Source: Octopus bimaculoides
Taxonomy: Eukaryota
NCBI RefSeq assembly: GCF_001194135.2
Contig: NC_068981.1
Location: 116,892,985 to 116,941,852, forward strand
DNA length: 48,868 bases
Direction of reading: 5' to 3'
Made by a program: the position numbers and the translations under genes. Positions 37,330-48,868 of this stretch are shown one piece after another. Under the pieces are notes generated by a model that had not been told where the DNA came from, made no database searches, and saw only the letters and a list, made by a program, of their open reading frames with translations. Every line of letters begins with the position of its first letter. The stretch's first letter is position 1.

Positions 37330-37560
37330 TGAAGTGGCTTTCTGATGGGTTTCTGATAGTGAATGTTTGATGAGGGAGTTTGAAGGTTATGAGTAATGTG
37401 ATTAAGTTTTAGGAGTTATATTGAATGAATCATAAGTGAAATGTTTGTGTTTATTATCTGCAGGCTAATTTTGATGTCAAGGCAGTAGATGGTTCGTTAC
37501 TTTATATTGTTGTCGATGTTGATGGTATTTTTATGTTGATGCTTTCCTTTTTTAACAAAA
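37330..37560 (-). mobile_element. Possible highly decayed PLE RT C-terminal fragment
   Basis: Only weak remnants (NIDNNIK, CLDIKI) resembling the NI.FT.E....LPFLDI region. Confidence 0.25.
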
Positions 37561-37811
37561 ATGTTTAGCTGTCAAATAATGAGTAGCTAACTCTATGCAA
37601 TATTGTAATTACATTTTTTGATCCTTCACACAATATAAATCCGCTTACGAAGATACTTCGATTTTCTTAATGTTCCTAACGCTATTGATTACATGATTCT
37701 TGTTCTTGGGTAGCAACTGTTATTTCCTATTTAGTTATCCCTAGAAAGTATGAAAAGTGGCTACTATTTCCTTCAAACTTATCTTTTGTTACATTTATTC
37801 AAACCGACCAA

Positions 37812-37965
37812 AATTCCTCTCAACGCATGAGCATGATGCTCCCCCGCTACTCCTGCTTATGATCAGTGATGCACATCTTGTCAGCCACTAAGGAAAATGT
37901 TCAAGTGGTAAGGTCAAGCAACTGACGAACAAATCTGCGGGACTGAGAAGAATATTTGCTCTAGC
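37812..37965 (-). mobile_element. Internal fragment of the ~540-bp (TAA)n-anchored element
   Basis: Aligns to 4515-4670 (AATTCCTCTCAAC...GTCAGCCACTAA...CAACTGAC...GAATATTTGCT). Confidence 0.72.
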
Positions 37966-38213
37966 GATATTTCTGCTTCAGCAATTCAGCCTTGCATCTG
38001 TCTGAAATATAAATAAAAATAGGTCAGTTTCAAAACATTGATGTCGAGGTCACAAAACAAAAGTTTGACGGGAATAGTAGTTATTTCCTTTGAATAGATA
38101 GAAGCAAATAGGAAATAATACTGACCAAAGAGAAAAAAAAGAAAAAAATTAGAATGTTGTTATACACTGTTATAGATCATATATAACATCGATCTATTCT
38201 CCTTAAAAAAATG

Positions 38214-38420
38214 GTGAGCTGGAAAAATCTAAGCACAGGCTATTTAGCGTCTTTCTTCAGGCTTTATGCTCTGAGTGCCAGCAGCGCTGGGGGTCGACTT
38301 TGCTTGTCATCTCTTTTGGAGTCGATAAGATAAGTATCAATTGAGTATTAAGGTTGATGAAATCGATTAATACTACTCCAGCCCAAACTGTCAATCTTTC
38401 TGCCTATAGTAGAGAGGAAT
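38214..38420 (+). mobile_element. Diverged SINE family 2 copy
   Basis: GGTGAGCTGG head, GGGGTCGACTTTGC and GTCGATAAGATAAGTATCA core, TGCCTATAGTAGAGAGG tail. Confidence 0.62.
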
Positions 38421-39499
38421 TCCATCCTCGTCTAAACGTATTAGGCTCTTCGGAATGTCTAAACTAAATATTTTGAAAAGCTTTATGATACCAATAGGAT
38501 CGTGATAAAATCCATTACATTTGAAAAATTTCATGAATTGTAAAATATTAATTCTAAACCACATATAGAAGAATTCGATCAATTTTTTTTTTCTATAAAT
38601 GAGCATTCAAGAATATTTTCGTCAAAGAAGATAGATAATATTGATATTTTTAATTTTTCAGAATTAGGTTGGCGGTTTACTGCTTTGAGAAGATGGATAG
38701 TGATGTTAAAATATTGAGAGCCCCGATGTTACAGCTAAAATTCGTAGAGTTTCGATTTTCCACTTAAGTAATTTCATTAATTTCTTATACTTAAAAGAAA
38801 CGTTGATAAAGTCATGAATGTCAAAAAAGAAATATTTCCTCTGTAAGTATGGGAATTTTATAGTATATCATAATATATATTTGCTGTGGAACAAACTCAG
38901 CTTTCTTACGAATAATCTAGTCGACTATCATTCGATTACATGTTCATGTGATTTCATTTTGCTTTATAGTATGTGTACACACATACACACACACACACGG
39001 ACACACACACACACATACGGACACACGCTCATACGTACACACATATGTGTATATATGTATATATGCATATATGTATATTCATGCATACATATGTGTATGC
39101 GGTAGTATACATATCTATACATGTATATACATTCAATCATACATACATACATACATACATATATACATACATACATACATACAATGTAAAACTTTCCAAA
39201 AATTTAGCACATAAATACATATGCATGCATCTAGACATAAAAATGCATCCATAAAACAAACATACAAATCTGCGCATACACTAACACCAAATACTGCACA
39301 CACACACATATGCACAAATACCTAGATGATGTTGATAAAAGTTCCAATGAAGGAGCCTTGAATCTATGTTAGAGTCCGGCTCTTTCTCTATGGACAAGAA
39401 ATACAGAAATGAAACTGATTGATAACATACATACATGGTCATTTCTCTATCTTCGCAGACGATACCCGTTCCGTTGTGATTTCTCAGTGTCAGTGGTAT

Positions 39500-40144
39500 T
39501 TCTGACTTGCCCTCAACTTCAAGACAGCACTGGATGAACTGGAACTGTGAGAATCTCTTGGACAACAAGAAAGGAATGGACTACAAAGATAGCATCATGA
39601 ATCTCCTGAAATGTTACTCAGCAATGGGTTGTGGCATGTCACTGAAGGGTCACTTCTTGGATTCCTATCTGGATTTCTTCTCGGATAATCTTGGAGCAGT
39701 GTCTAAGGAACATGGTGAAAGATTTCACTTGGATATTAGTGCTATGGAGAAACGGCACCAAGGCTTCTGGAATGACAGTATGCTGGCTGAATACTGCTAG
39801 ACACTTTACTGTGATCAACCAGATCAGGACATCGCAGGAAATCCAAATCACAATGTTCCTAACTCTGTTGCTCTGACCCATTTTTTGTGTATTGACTTTT
39901 GTAGAATGATAGTGATGGTTTTTAATTTAATAAACTCATTCATTTCTTAGAAATAATGTCCTTATTTATTACATTAATGATTTTATATATACAAATATGT
40001 AAATATTTGCATGTATCTACTGAAAAAACTGATACGTGCTGCATACAAATGGAGTAACATTTTGAAATCAGCATGAAAAATTAGTCTAAAAAAGTTGGTT
40101 TGCATTCATAATGAGTATAATACATTTAATTTTGTTGATCTGCG
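39500..40144 (+). mobile_element. Chapaev3-like (CMC superfamily) DNA transposon remnant: transposase C-terminus and right end
   Basis: MGCGMSLKGHFLDSYLDFFSDNLGAVSKEHGERFHLDISAMEKRHQGFWNDSMLAEYC matches the motif I recall for Chapaev3 transposases. Putative terminus ATTTAATTTTGTTGATCTGCG. Left end not found. Confidence 0.7.
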
Positions 40145-40149
40145 TTATG

Positions 40150-41045
40150 GGTTGTATTTAAGATAGAGGAGATGATTGCAGTCGCAATAGTTGTTGCTGT
40201 GGTGCAAGTTTTTAGTGGTCGTAGTGGTCTTGTATGTTGGATAATAATGATTGTATTGTTAATTGTTGAAGTAAGAGTCGCTCTAGTAGTAGTACTAGTC
40301 GTGGTTACTTTGATGTAATAATGATGAAGAGCTGGTTGGAAAAATGTTTTTGTTGTTAATGTTAATGGTTATGATGGCAATAGTGCAGACATCGATGACT
40401 GCAACGGTGATGGCGGAGTTGGCTACAGTGATGGTAATTCCACTGGGGAGGCTGGAAGTAAATATGAGTATAATGAGGGTTGCTACTAGGGTGAGTGCTA
40501 TGTTGTATTTGATGCAGGTAGTGTGGTGTTGGTTGTGGTGGTGGTTGTGATGGTGTTGACGGCAATGATCTTACTGATTGAAGTGATATTTTTATTTATA
40601 AATTTGAGGCAGTGGTAGCCGCAATATTCGTAACCTTGGTGGTGGTGGCGGTGGTGGTGGCGGTGGCAGCGACAGTGGTAGTAGTTTTGGAGGTGGTGTG
40701 AAGTTGGTGATGGTAATAGGAGAGGTGTTGTAGTGGCTGTAGTCACGGTGGTGGTTGTGATGATGGTGATGGCGTTGCTGGTTGTGGTGGTTATAGTGAT
40801 GGTTGCATTTGTGGTAGTGAATATAATGGTGCTGTTGTTGTTGTTACTGCTGCTACTGATGGTGTTGGTCGTGGTGGTTGTGGTGGTGGTGGTGGTCGTC
40901 GTCGTCGTTGTGGTTGTGGTTGTAGTCGCCGTCGTCGTGGCACTGATAGTAGCTGCGTTAATGATGGTGATGCTGGTTTTGGTGGTTACAACAACAGTTA
41001 AAGGTTTCTGTTGTTGATTGTCTTGTCGTTGTTGACGGTGCTTCA
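40150..41045. repeat. Cryptically simple G/T-rich trinucleotide region (GTG/GTT/GAT/GTC)
   Basis: Degenerate triplet periodicity with a perfect core near 40860-40940. Confidence 0.85.
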
Positions 41046-41120
41046 CTTACCCGGTTGTTCTATGAGGTAAATGATTGCATCCATGTCGGGTTATGTGGAT
41101 GCATGTGTGTGTGTGGGTGT

Positions 41121-41205
<85 letters not shown>

Positions 41206-41972
41206 TGAGTGTGTGTGTCTGATGGTGGTGGTTTAAATAATGTCAATTCATGCAGAAGAGAGAGAAAAGCCAGTATGCAATCGCTTTTGGAATAACTGGA
41301 GTACTGAATCTACAAGAGGTCTGCTACTTGAAGCTAAGAAGTTTCAGGCCAATTAATTCTCCACGAAGTCGATATATATGAAGTAATATCTTCCCTGAAT
41401 CATCTTTTAACGAAGATGAGAATATTCGAAACACGCATGCATTAATAAAACTGTAGACGCACACAGATACATATACATTAGAACATGTACATAGGAATAT
41501 TATATGTAACTAATTTAGTATACCTTAAAGTAACTGCATGACATACATAATCCAAGTATACGTGCGTTACACTAAATATATGCGTATATAAAATTGCCTG
41601 TCCGTCTTCCGCCTATCTCTTTTGGGACGTGTATGTGTACATATGCGCGCGTGCGTGTGTGCGTGTATAGGCATAGGAATGTACAGATTCATATATGCAA
41701 ATAAATAGACATTTACATACAAAGATGCAAATATCAGTCCTAAGTCCACATATATGTGTATGTGTGTGTATATGTGTGTGTTCAAAGCTTCAGGACTAAT
41801 TTTCCAGCAGGACAGTGAAAATCTTCCAGACGTTCAACTTGTAGTTCATTTGTATTGTTGTCAAGTCCACTAGACGCAACCATGTCATTCAATTAATGGA
41901 AGTTCGTATGTTATTATTAGAAACCAGTACATATCTCAAATATAGCATGTATAAACACACGCAAGTTCACGC

Positions 41973-42009
<37 letters not shown>

Positions 42010-42629
42010 AACAAAGGGAGAGAAAGAGAGAGGTAGAAAAGTACGCACGCGTGCGAAACGTACAAGTACATATCTTGGAATTATTCATAAGTACGGAGGC
42101 ATGTAATGATATTGAAATGTAATTAGAATTCTAACAGATATTCCCCGCCCAGACACACAGACAAACACACACACTAATGCGTGTGTATGTTTGCGTGCGT
42201 GTGTGTTTGTGTGCGTTAGTGTGTTTGTGTGCGTGTGTGTGCTTGTGCGTGTATGTGTGTAGTAAATGTATAAATGGAGCAAATTTAACTATTTCTCCGT
42301 AGATTAAGAAAAAACGAAGAGACTTAATCGATTTTCGAAGCTTATTGTATTCTTATCAGAGGTGTGTTCCCTATTGTGACCAATAACCAGGGAAATAAGC
42401 AGCCAATCTCTTTACATACTAAACAAAAATCCATTAGCTACATACCATAACTTTTCAACACTCTAATATCAGCGTTATGTGAACGGGTAGTTCACACAAA
42501 ATCAAAGTATAATATAATAAATATATTCTATGTAGTAGCTATATAAACAGGGAAAATTTTGAATATTTCTCCGCAGATTTTAAATATGAAAAACAGTTTC
42601 GAAACAAGTAGAGGAAAATAGTCAAAATG

Positions 42630-43080
42630 TGCTTAGACAAATTATCACATGTCTGCTACCCAATATAAAGAGCATCATCACACGCATACACCACCAAGAG
42701 CCTACTCCCATTTGTAACTGTGGAGACCCTGTCCATTCTACAAATCTGTCATATATGAGGCAGAAGTTACAGCAACGCAAGATGGTAGCATGACTGAAAA
42801 GAAAAGCTACACCAAGCTATGTGAAGGTGACTTCAAAAATTGCTAAGCTAACCACATTTCTTCACGGTAACAAAAGCAAAGGCAATAAACTGGATAAGGT
42901 TTCAAGTATAACGTCACACCACATACAATTAAGTGGAAAATAACTGAAAAGTCCACACCATATGTCAACGGATAAAAAAAAATTAAGCTGAAAGCACACA
43001 GATCCTTTTCATTTATGAGAACTCCACCACACTGCTGAATTCCAGATCTGAAATTTTCAGTAGATGTAAACATATGGAAA
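42630..43080 (+). mobile_element. PLE GIY-YIG endonuclease remnant (family D)
   Basis: CLPNIKSII, CNCG, KSVIYEAEV, YTKLCEGDFK, YTIKWKI, PYVNG, LLNSRSEIFSRCKH match the conserved C-terminal half of Penelope/Poseidon-type ORFs. Frameshifted. Confidence 0.85.
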
Positions 43081-43568
43081 AGTGTCCCTCAGCTCCATAT
43101 AACGTAGTATCCTAGGCGATGTCCCATTGTGGTTGCAGTCTAAGTTAAAGAAGATAAAAGCGATAAGAATTAGAAATATAGGAAAGCAAATGGGAATCCC
43201 TAATATGATGTCAATTTGAATTTTTTGTGCCTTTTAACTGATATATTAACATTTTAATAGAGAAAATCATAATTTAGCAAAATTCTCTACAGAGCAACAT
43301 GTTCAGATTATTTTTCTTCTTCACAATCAAAGGGTTTATTTAAATACAGGCGAGAAATTTAATTCATTTTAAAACAAAAATTTAGGAAAAGAAAGGCAAT
43401 CTCAAATCCGGTAAAAAAATTTTAAATATAAAGCACAATGCCATCACTTCAAATAGCCGAAATCTGGAAACGAAATGATATCGTCTGAGATATAGTGATG
43501 AAGCAGCTTGTAATTCTAAAAATACTTAATACACGTGTCTGTTAATATATGCATAAAGCCTATGCATG

Positions 43569-43687
<119 letters not shown>

Positions 43688-43842
43688 GTACATACATACA
43701 TATACATATATATACATATATATATACATACATACATATACATATATATACATATATATGCATATACATATATATATACATACATGCATATACAATATAT
43801 ACATACATATGGATATATTTACATATACATACATATATATAC

Positions 43843-43928
<86 letters not shown>

Positions 43929-43959
43929 TTGTGTGTATGTATATATGTATTTATGTATA

Positions 43960-45690
43960 TGGTCCAAATCCCAACTCCTATGTCCTAGTCGTGGATCCTG
44001 GGAAACGCTTAAGTAGGGATTGGCCGTTTGATGACCCTGGGCCACTATGGTAAATGTCAAGGCATGTCAAGAACCTCGAAACGTTAGCTGAAGGAGCTTT
44101 GGTACCGACATTCAAGCTAGTGACAATGCGATCCCTAAAAGAACTGGGTTTCAGCAGCTCAATGCAGCCCCATTGTTTCAGGACCGCCTGTCTCAATCAC
44201 GTGATGAACCCCGGAGCGAAATTCGTGGGCATCGGTTTAGCGAACCGTGTCCACCCTAATAAAAAAACACGCGAGCAATCCATATTCTTCTTCATGTCCA
44301 ATGGCGATGTACCCACGGGCAACGGGAGCAGGATTTGGTAAGCTGAAAGCTTCTAGTTCGTGAACGCTCATTAACGACGTGCACGTGATGGTCGTTTCTC
44401 CGTGAAGAAGCGGTGACGCGGGATTTCGACATCTGTTTATGTGTCTGGGATGGCCTATTTGGGAGCACTGCAGCCCTCCTTGTATTGGGATGTCAATAGA
44501 AAAGTAGAGTAAATACCGGTCACTGCTCTCTCCGTCTGGCTGGTTTACTGCGACCAGCGGACAGCCATCAGACCGGAAGAAATTTCGGTGCCATTCTCTG
44601 ACTTTGGGAGCGTGGAATATGAGAACTTTAAATGGACGTGCAAACCACGCACCCACCTGAAACGCGCATCGCGCTTGTCTCCCAAGACCTCGTCCGAATC
44701 AATATTGACGTAGCCTCTTTGAGCGAAACTCGTTTGTCCGGTGACGGCAGCATGAAGGAAGTTGGCTACACGTTCTTTTTGTTAGGTAAGGATGCCAATG
44801 AACCTTGCGTTTATGGCGTCGGACTTGCCATCAAAACCGAGCTGGTCAAGAAACATAACCTGACCTCAACATCAATAAGCGAAGGTTTGATGTCCATCCG
44901 AACCCCGCTTTCCAACAAGACCCACCTTACGTTGCTCTCTGCCTGCACTCCAATTCTAAACTCAAATGACTAAATTAAAAATGCTTTCTACAACTCTCTC
45001 AACGCTATCACTCGAGCATTTCCGTGAAACGATAAACTGGTTGTCCTTGGCGACTTCAACGTTCGAGTCGGTCATGATCATCATTTCTGACAAGGCATCC
45101 ATCTCTAGCAAGGCAAACACGGGATTGGAAACCTCAGCACTAATTGACACCTCCTCCTCGGTTACGAACACTTTCTTGCGTCTTCCAACGCGCCACAAAA
45201 CAATCTGGCAACAACCGAGGTCAAAACACTGGCATACTCTGAATGATGTGTTAACAAGGATACGAGATGAAAAGGACGTAATGATCCGTCATTCTGCAAA
45301 GTCGTTTGAGGTGGGTGGATATCTGGTGAGAATGAATGATAAAATACTTCTTAAGCAACTTCTGAATAGTGAGCTGAAAGGTCATAAGAGGCCAGCACAT
45401 AAACCCAAAATGAAGTTCAAAAACTGTCCTAAAACTGATTTGAGATAAACAGGTATTTCAGAAGTTGATTGAGAGAGTAAAACACAAGACCGAAATAGAT
45501 GGATGAAAGGAGTACACGGTGGTTGCTCGAAGTTTGAAAGGGAGAATGAAGCACGAGAAGATCAGGAGAAAGCTTAGAAAGTATGAACCAATAGAAAATG
45601 GAGTACTGATACTCACGTGTGTGTTTTGTTGAAGGCAATGCTTAAACTGTGTAGGCCTGGGCAGCCATTAATGAAGCCATAGGAATCGAC
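43960..45690 (+). mobile_element. RTE-clade LINE with long 5' UTR, APE endonuclease and C-terminal domain, RT domain absent
   Basis: LGAWNMRTL, NIDVASLSETR, GVGLAIK, VLGDFNVRVG, TIWQQPRSKHWHTLNDVL, then directly (~45285) ILQSRLRWVG.LVRM...KQLL.SEL. Several stops. Outer boundaries approximate. Confidence 0.87.
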
Positions 45691-46094
45691 CTCTTGTAAA
45701 ATATGATACCGCTATTGTTGACAACAGAACATGTGCAACCTGTGGAAAGGTGTGTCGTTCAATTGGAGAATTAAAAAGAAATGTCAAAAGACTTCATACA
45801 GTGGCAACAGTACTTTCTGCCAGCCAACTGTGCATGATGCAATAAAATGTGCAAATCTTTGGCGGGGCGCAAGAGTCCTATAAGGACCTCATTTTGCATT
45901 ATCAATGACTCAGTTCAATGACTGTTTGTAGCAAGGGCTTTGTTGTATATAAGAAAGTAGCCACTGTATATACACACGTACTCACACACACACACACACG
46001 TACACGCACGCACACGCACGCACACACGCGCACACACACACGCACTCGCACACACGCGCACACACACGGAAATACATACATACATACACACATG

Positions 46095-46126
<32 letters not shown>

Positions 46127-46808
46127 CATACATACATACATACATACATACTTACATACATACACACAGAGTATATATAAATAGATACAAATAAGATGAT
46201 AATTTTATGATAATCTATTTTCGAACGCAGAGACTCAGAACATCAGAAATTTTAGGTTCAAAAATAAATTATCATTTTATTTGTATTTGTATCTATATAT
46301 ACATTCGGCGTATAAAAAAACAAAAACGAAATGTTAGTTTATATATATATATATATATNNNNNNNNNNNNNNNNNNNNNNNNNNNNNNNNNNNNNNNNNN
46401 NNNNNNNNNNNNNNNNNNNNNNNNNNNNNNNNNNNNNNNNNNNNNNNNNNNNNNNNNNNNNNNNNNNNNNNNNNNNNNNNNNNNNNNNNNNNNNNNNNNN
46501 NNNNNNNNNNNNNNNNNNNNNNNNNNNNNNNNNNNNNNNNNNNNNNNNNNNNNNNNNNNNNNNNNNNNNNNNNNNNNNNNNNNNNNNNNNNNNNNNNNNN
46601 NNNNNNNNNNNNNNNNNNNNNNNNNNNNNNNNNNNNNNNNNNNNNNNNNNNNNNNNNNNNNNNNNNNNNNNNNNNNNNNNNNNNNNNNNNNNNNNNNNNN
46701 NNNNNNNNNNNNNNNNNNNNNNNNNNNNNNNNTATATATACATATACATACATATATACATACAACATATATATACTCTCAATCTATATATTGCACACAC
46801 ACACACAC

Positions 46809-46862
<54 letters not shown>

Positions 46863-46898
46863 ACATACACACACACACGCACACACACACATGTGCGA

Positions 46899-48068
46899 AA
46901 CTGAGTATTACCAAATGGTTGATAACTGATGAAGTATTAAGGGCCTTCTGTGTTCGTCACTTGTCCGGCTGTACACTCAGTATACGTTATGTCGTTGTTA
47001 TTTACCATGCATTGCTATTCATTTATTAAGTAACGGAACGCAACGAACACCGAATTGTGACTCTCTCTTACATTCAGTCTTTCTCCTTTTATTTATCTCA
47101 CCCTCTCACTTCTATTCTAGCCTTTGCACTTCCTCCATTTCTCTTTCTCCCTCTCTTGTATTCCTAGATTTTCTTTTTTCTCTTTTTTCTCCCTTCATCC
47201 CTTACCCTGTTTTTTCTTTCTGTCANNNNNNNNNNNNNNNNNNNNNNNNNNNNNNNNNNNNNNNNNNNNNNNNNNNNNNNNNNNNNNNNNNNNNNNNNNN
47301 NNNNNNNNNNNNNNNNNNNNNNNNNNNNNNNNNNNNNNNNNNNNNNNNNNNNNNNNNNNNNNNNNNNNNNNNNNNNNNNNNNNNNNNNNNNNNNNNNNNN
47401 NNNNNNNNNNNNNNNNNNNNNNNNNNNNNNNNNNNNNNNNNNNNNNNNNNNNNNNNNNNNNNNNNNNNNNNNNNNNNNNNNNNNNNNNNNNNNNNNNNNN
47501 NNCTTTTTTCTCTTTTTTCTCCCTTCATCCCTTACCCTGTTTTTTCTTTCTGTCACTCTCTCTTGCTCTCTCTTGCTCTCTTTATCCTCCACCTACTGTT
47601 ATGACGTGACCTACAGCCAGCTTTCCGTCCTCTCTTTCTCTCCCTTTCTCATACTGGTCCCGAAACCCGACCAGTAGCAAATTGTCTGTATCTCCGTTCT
47701 CTATCCTTTGGGATATCTTTTAAGCGTTACTCATTACTCTTTGTTTCTTGGCCCTAAAGCCATACTTTGCTTGTTTGTTCATCCTTGCTCATCATCCTAA
47801 ATCCCACTTATTCACATTCGTATGTCCTCTCTCTGTTGTTTTGCTTTGTTTTATTTGCTCTCACCCCTAAAGTGTCCGCAAAAAATTTTTTTGCGGGTAC
47901 CGCCAAGATGGAAAGTCCTGTCTTATCACTAATGGTGCAAAATTGAGCATTACCAATTGATTGATAATTGATGAAGAATTAGGGACCTTCTGTGTTTGTC
48001 TCCTGTCCGGTTGAACACTCAGAATACGTTATGTCGTTTGCTTATTTACCGTACATTTTTTCATTTAT
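46899..48068 (+). mobile_element. Probable PLE terminal remnant bounded by ~128-bp diverged direct repeats (spans a gap)
   Basis: 46899-47026 and 47941-48068 align (roughly 80% by eye), each with (C/T)TGATGAAG. CT-rich body as in the other PLE 3' UTRs. Class assignment is inference. Confidence 0.45.
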
Positions 48069-48868
48069 ATGTGTATACATACATCTATGTATGCATGTAT
48101 GTATGTTTATAAGTACCTCTTTTCATTACTGAAAGTATGCACTGCTTTCATATTTGAGTACACTACAGTAAATATACACACTTTCATTTATGTCTTCATA
48201 ACTGAGAGGAGCATATGAAATTTCGCCGGCTTTTATTTTATATTTTAGCTGTTACCATCTATTATCCATGTGAATTGAAGAAGGTACTCAGGCATGACGT
48301 TTGACGGCCTTTCACTCTGAAAACTTAATATAAGAAATCGATATTTACTGTTTCAGTAAACCTACAAAACCAACTGTAACTTTGTTCGTAGTTAATTCAA
48401 TGGGAAGATAAATAGGAAAGATAATCTGGATGACACACTTTCGATACAAACGAGCATATGTCAATGACATATACATGTACGTATACATACATTACAAGCA
48501 TGCATACACATATACACAAATGCACACATACACACATGCATACATACATCCAAACTTACATACATACATACATACAAACATACATACAAACATACATACA
48601 TACATACAAACATACATGCATACATACATACATCCAAACTTACATACATACGTACATACATACATACACACATACATACATACAAACATACATACATACA
48701 TACAAACATACATACATACATACATACATACAAACATACATACATACATACATACAAACATACATACATACATGCATACATACAAACATACATACATACA
48801 TACATACATACATACATACATACATACTAACGTACGCAATTACGAACGTACGTACACAGGTACATTTC

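Noticed and set aside
38391-38606. 71-aa minus-strand ORF and an adjacent strong plus-strand acceptor at ~38660
   Set aside because: The ORF overlaps a SINE tail and has AT-driven composition. The acceptor has no matching donor or homology.
40498-41046. Thr-rich mucin-like 182-aa ORF on the minus strand
   Set aside because: Explained by a degenerate trinucleotide repeat. Several frames on both strands are open, and there is no signal peptide or splice context.
41790-41880. IFQQD peptide resembling a Tc1 FQQDN motif
   Set aside because: Five residues only, with no other transposase motif or TIR.
47171-47555. Identical ~55-bp sequence on both sides of the 47226-47502 gap
   Set aside because: Most likely an unmerged contig overlap or collapsed repeat, not biology.

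Overview
Eukaryotic, AT-rich, repeat-saturated scaffold segment with 8 N gaps (about 3.2 kb), mostly next to microsatellites. No intact host gene, RNA gene, CRISPR array or intact transposon ORF can be supported. The SINE families and microsatellite load resemble what I recall from octopus/coleoid cephalopod genomes (recognition from memory, not a database search). Content: decayed R4/Dong-like restriction-endonuclease LINEs of at least four subfamilies, almost always abutting (TAA)n; a ~540-bp non-coding element that also sits in (TAA)n; four tRNA-headed SINE families; GIY-YIG remnants of at least four Penelope-like element (PLE) families, some with hammerhead-ribozyme-like motifs; three mariner-type elements; a Chapaev3-like transposase remnant; and an RTE LINE lacking its RT domain. 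Most noteworthy: (1) same-strand stacks of different retroelements separated by (TAA)n, including a non-coding passenger with a fixed 5' end; (2) a minimal PLE hammerhead-like motif with a pyrimidine at core position 6 in both local copies; (3) SINE tandems separated by a triplicated 15-bp target-like sequence. Nearly all long ORFs in the supplied track are artefacts of microsatellites or N runs. All alignments, identities and folds were done by eye, and many boundaries are approximate.
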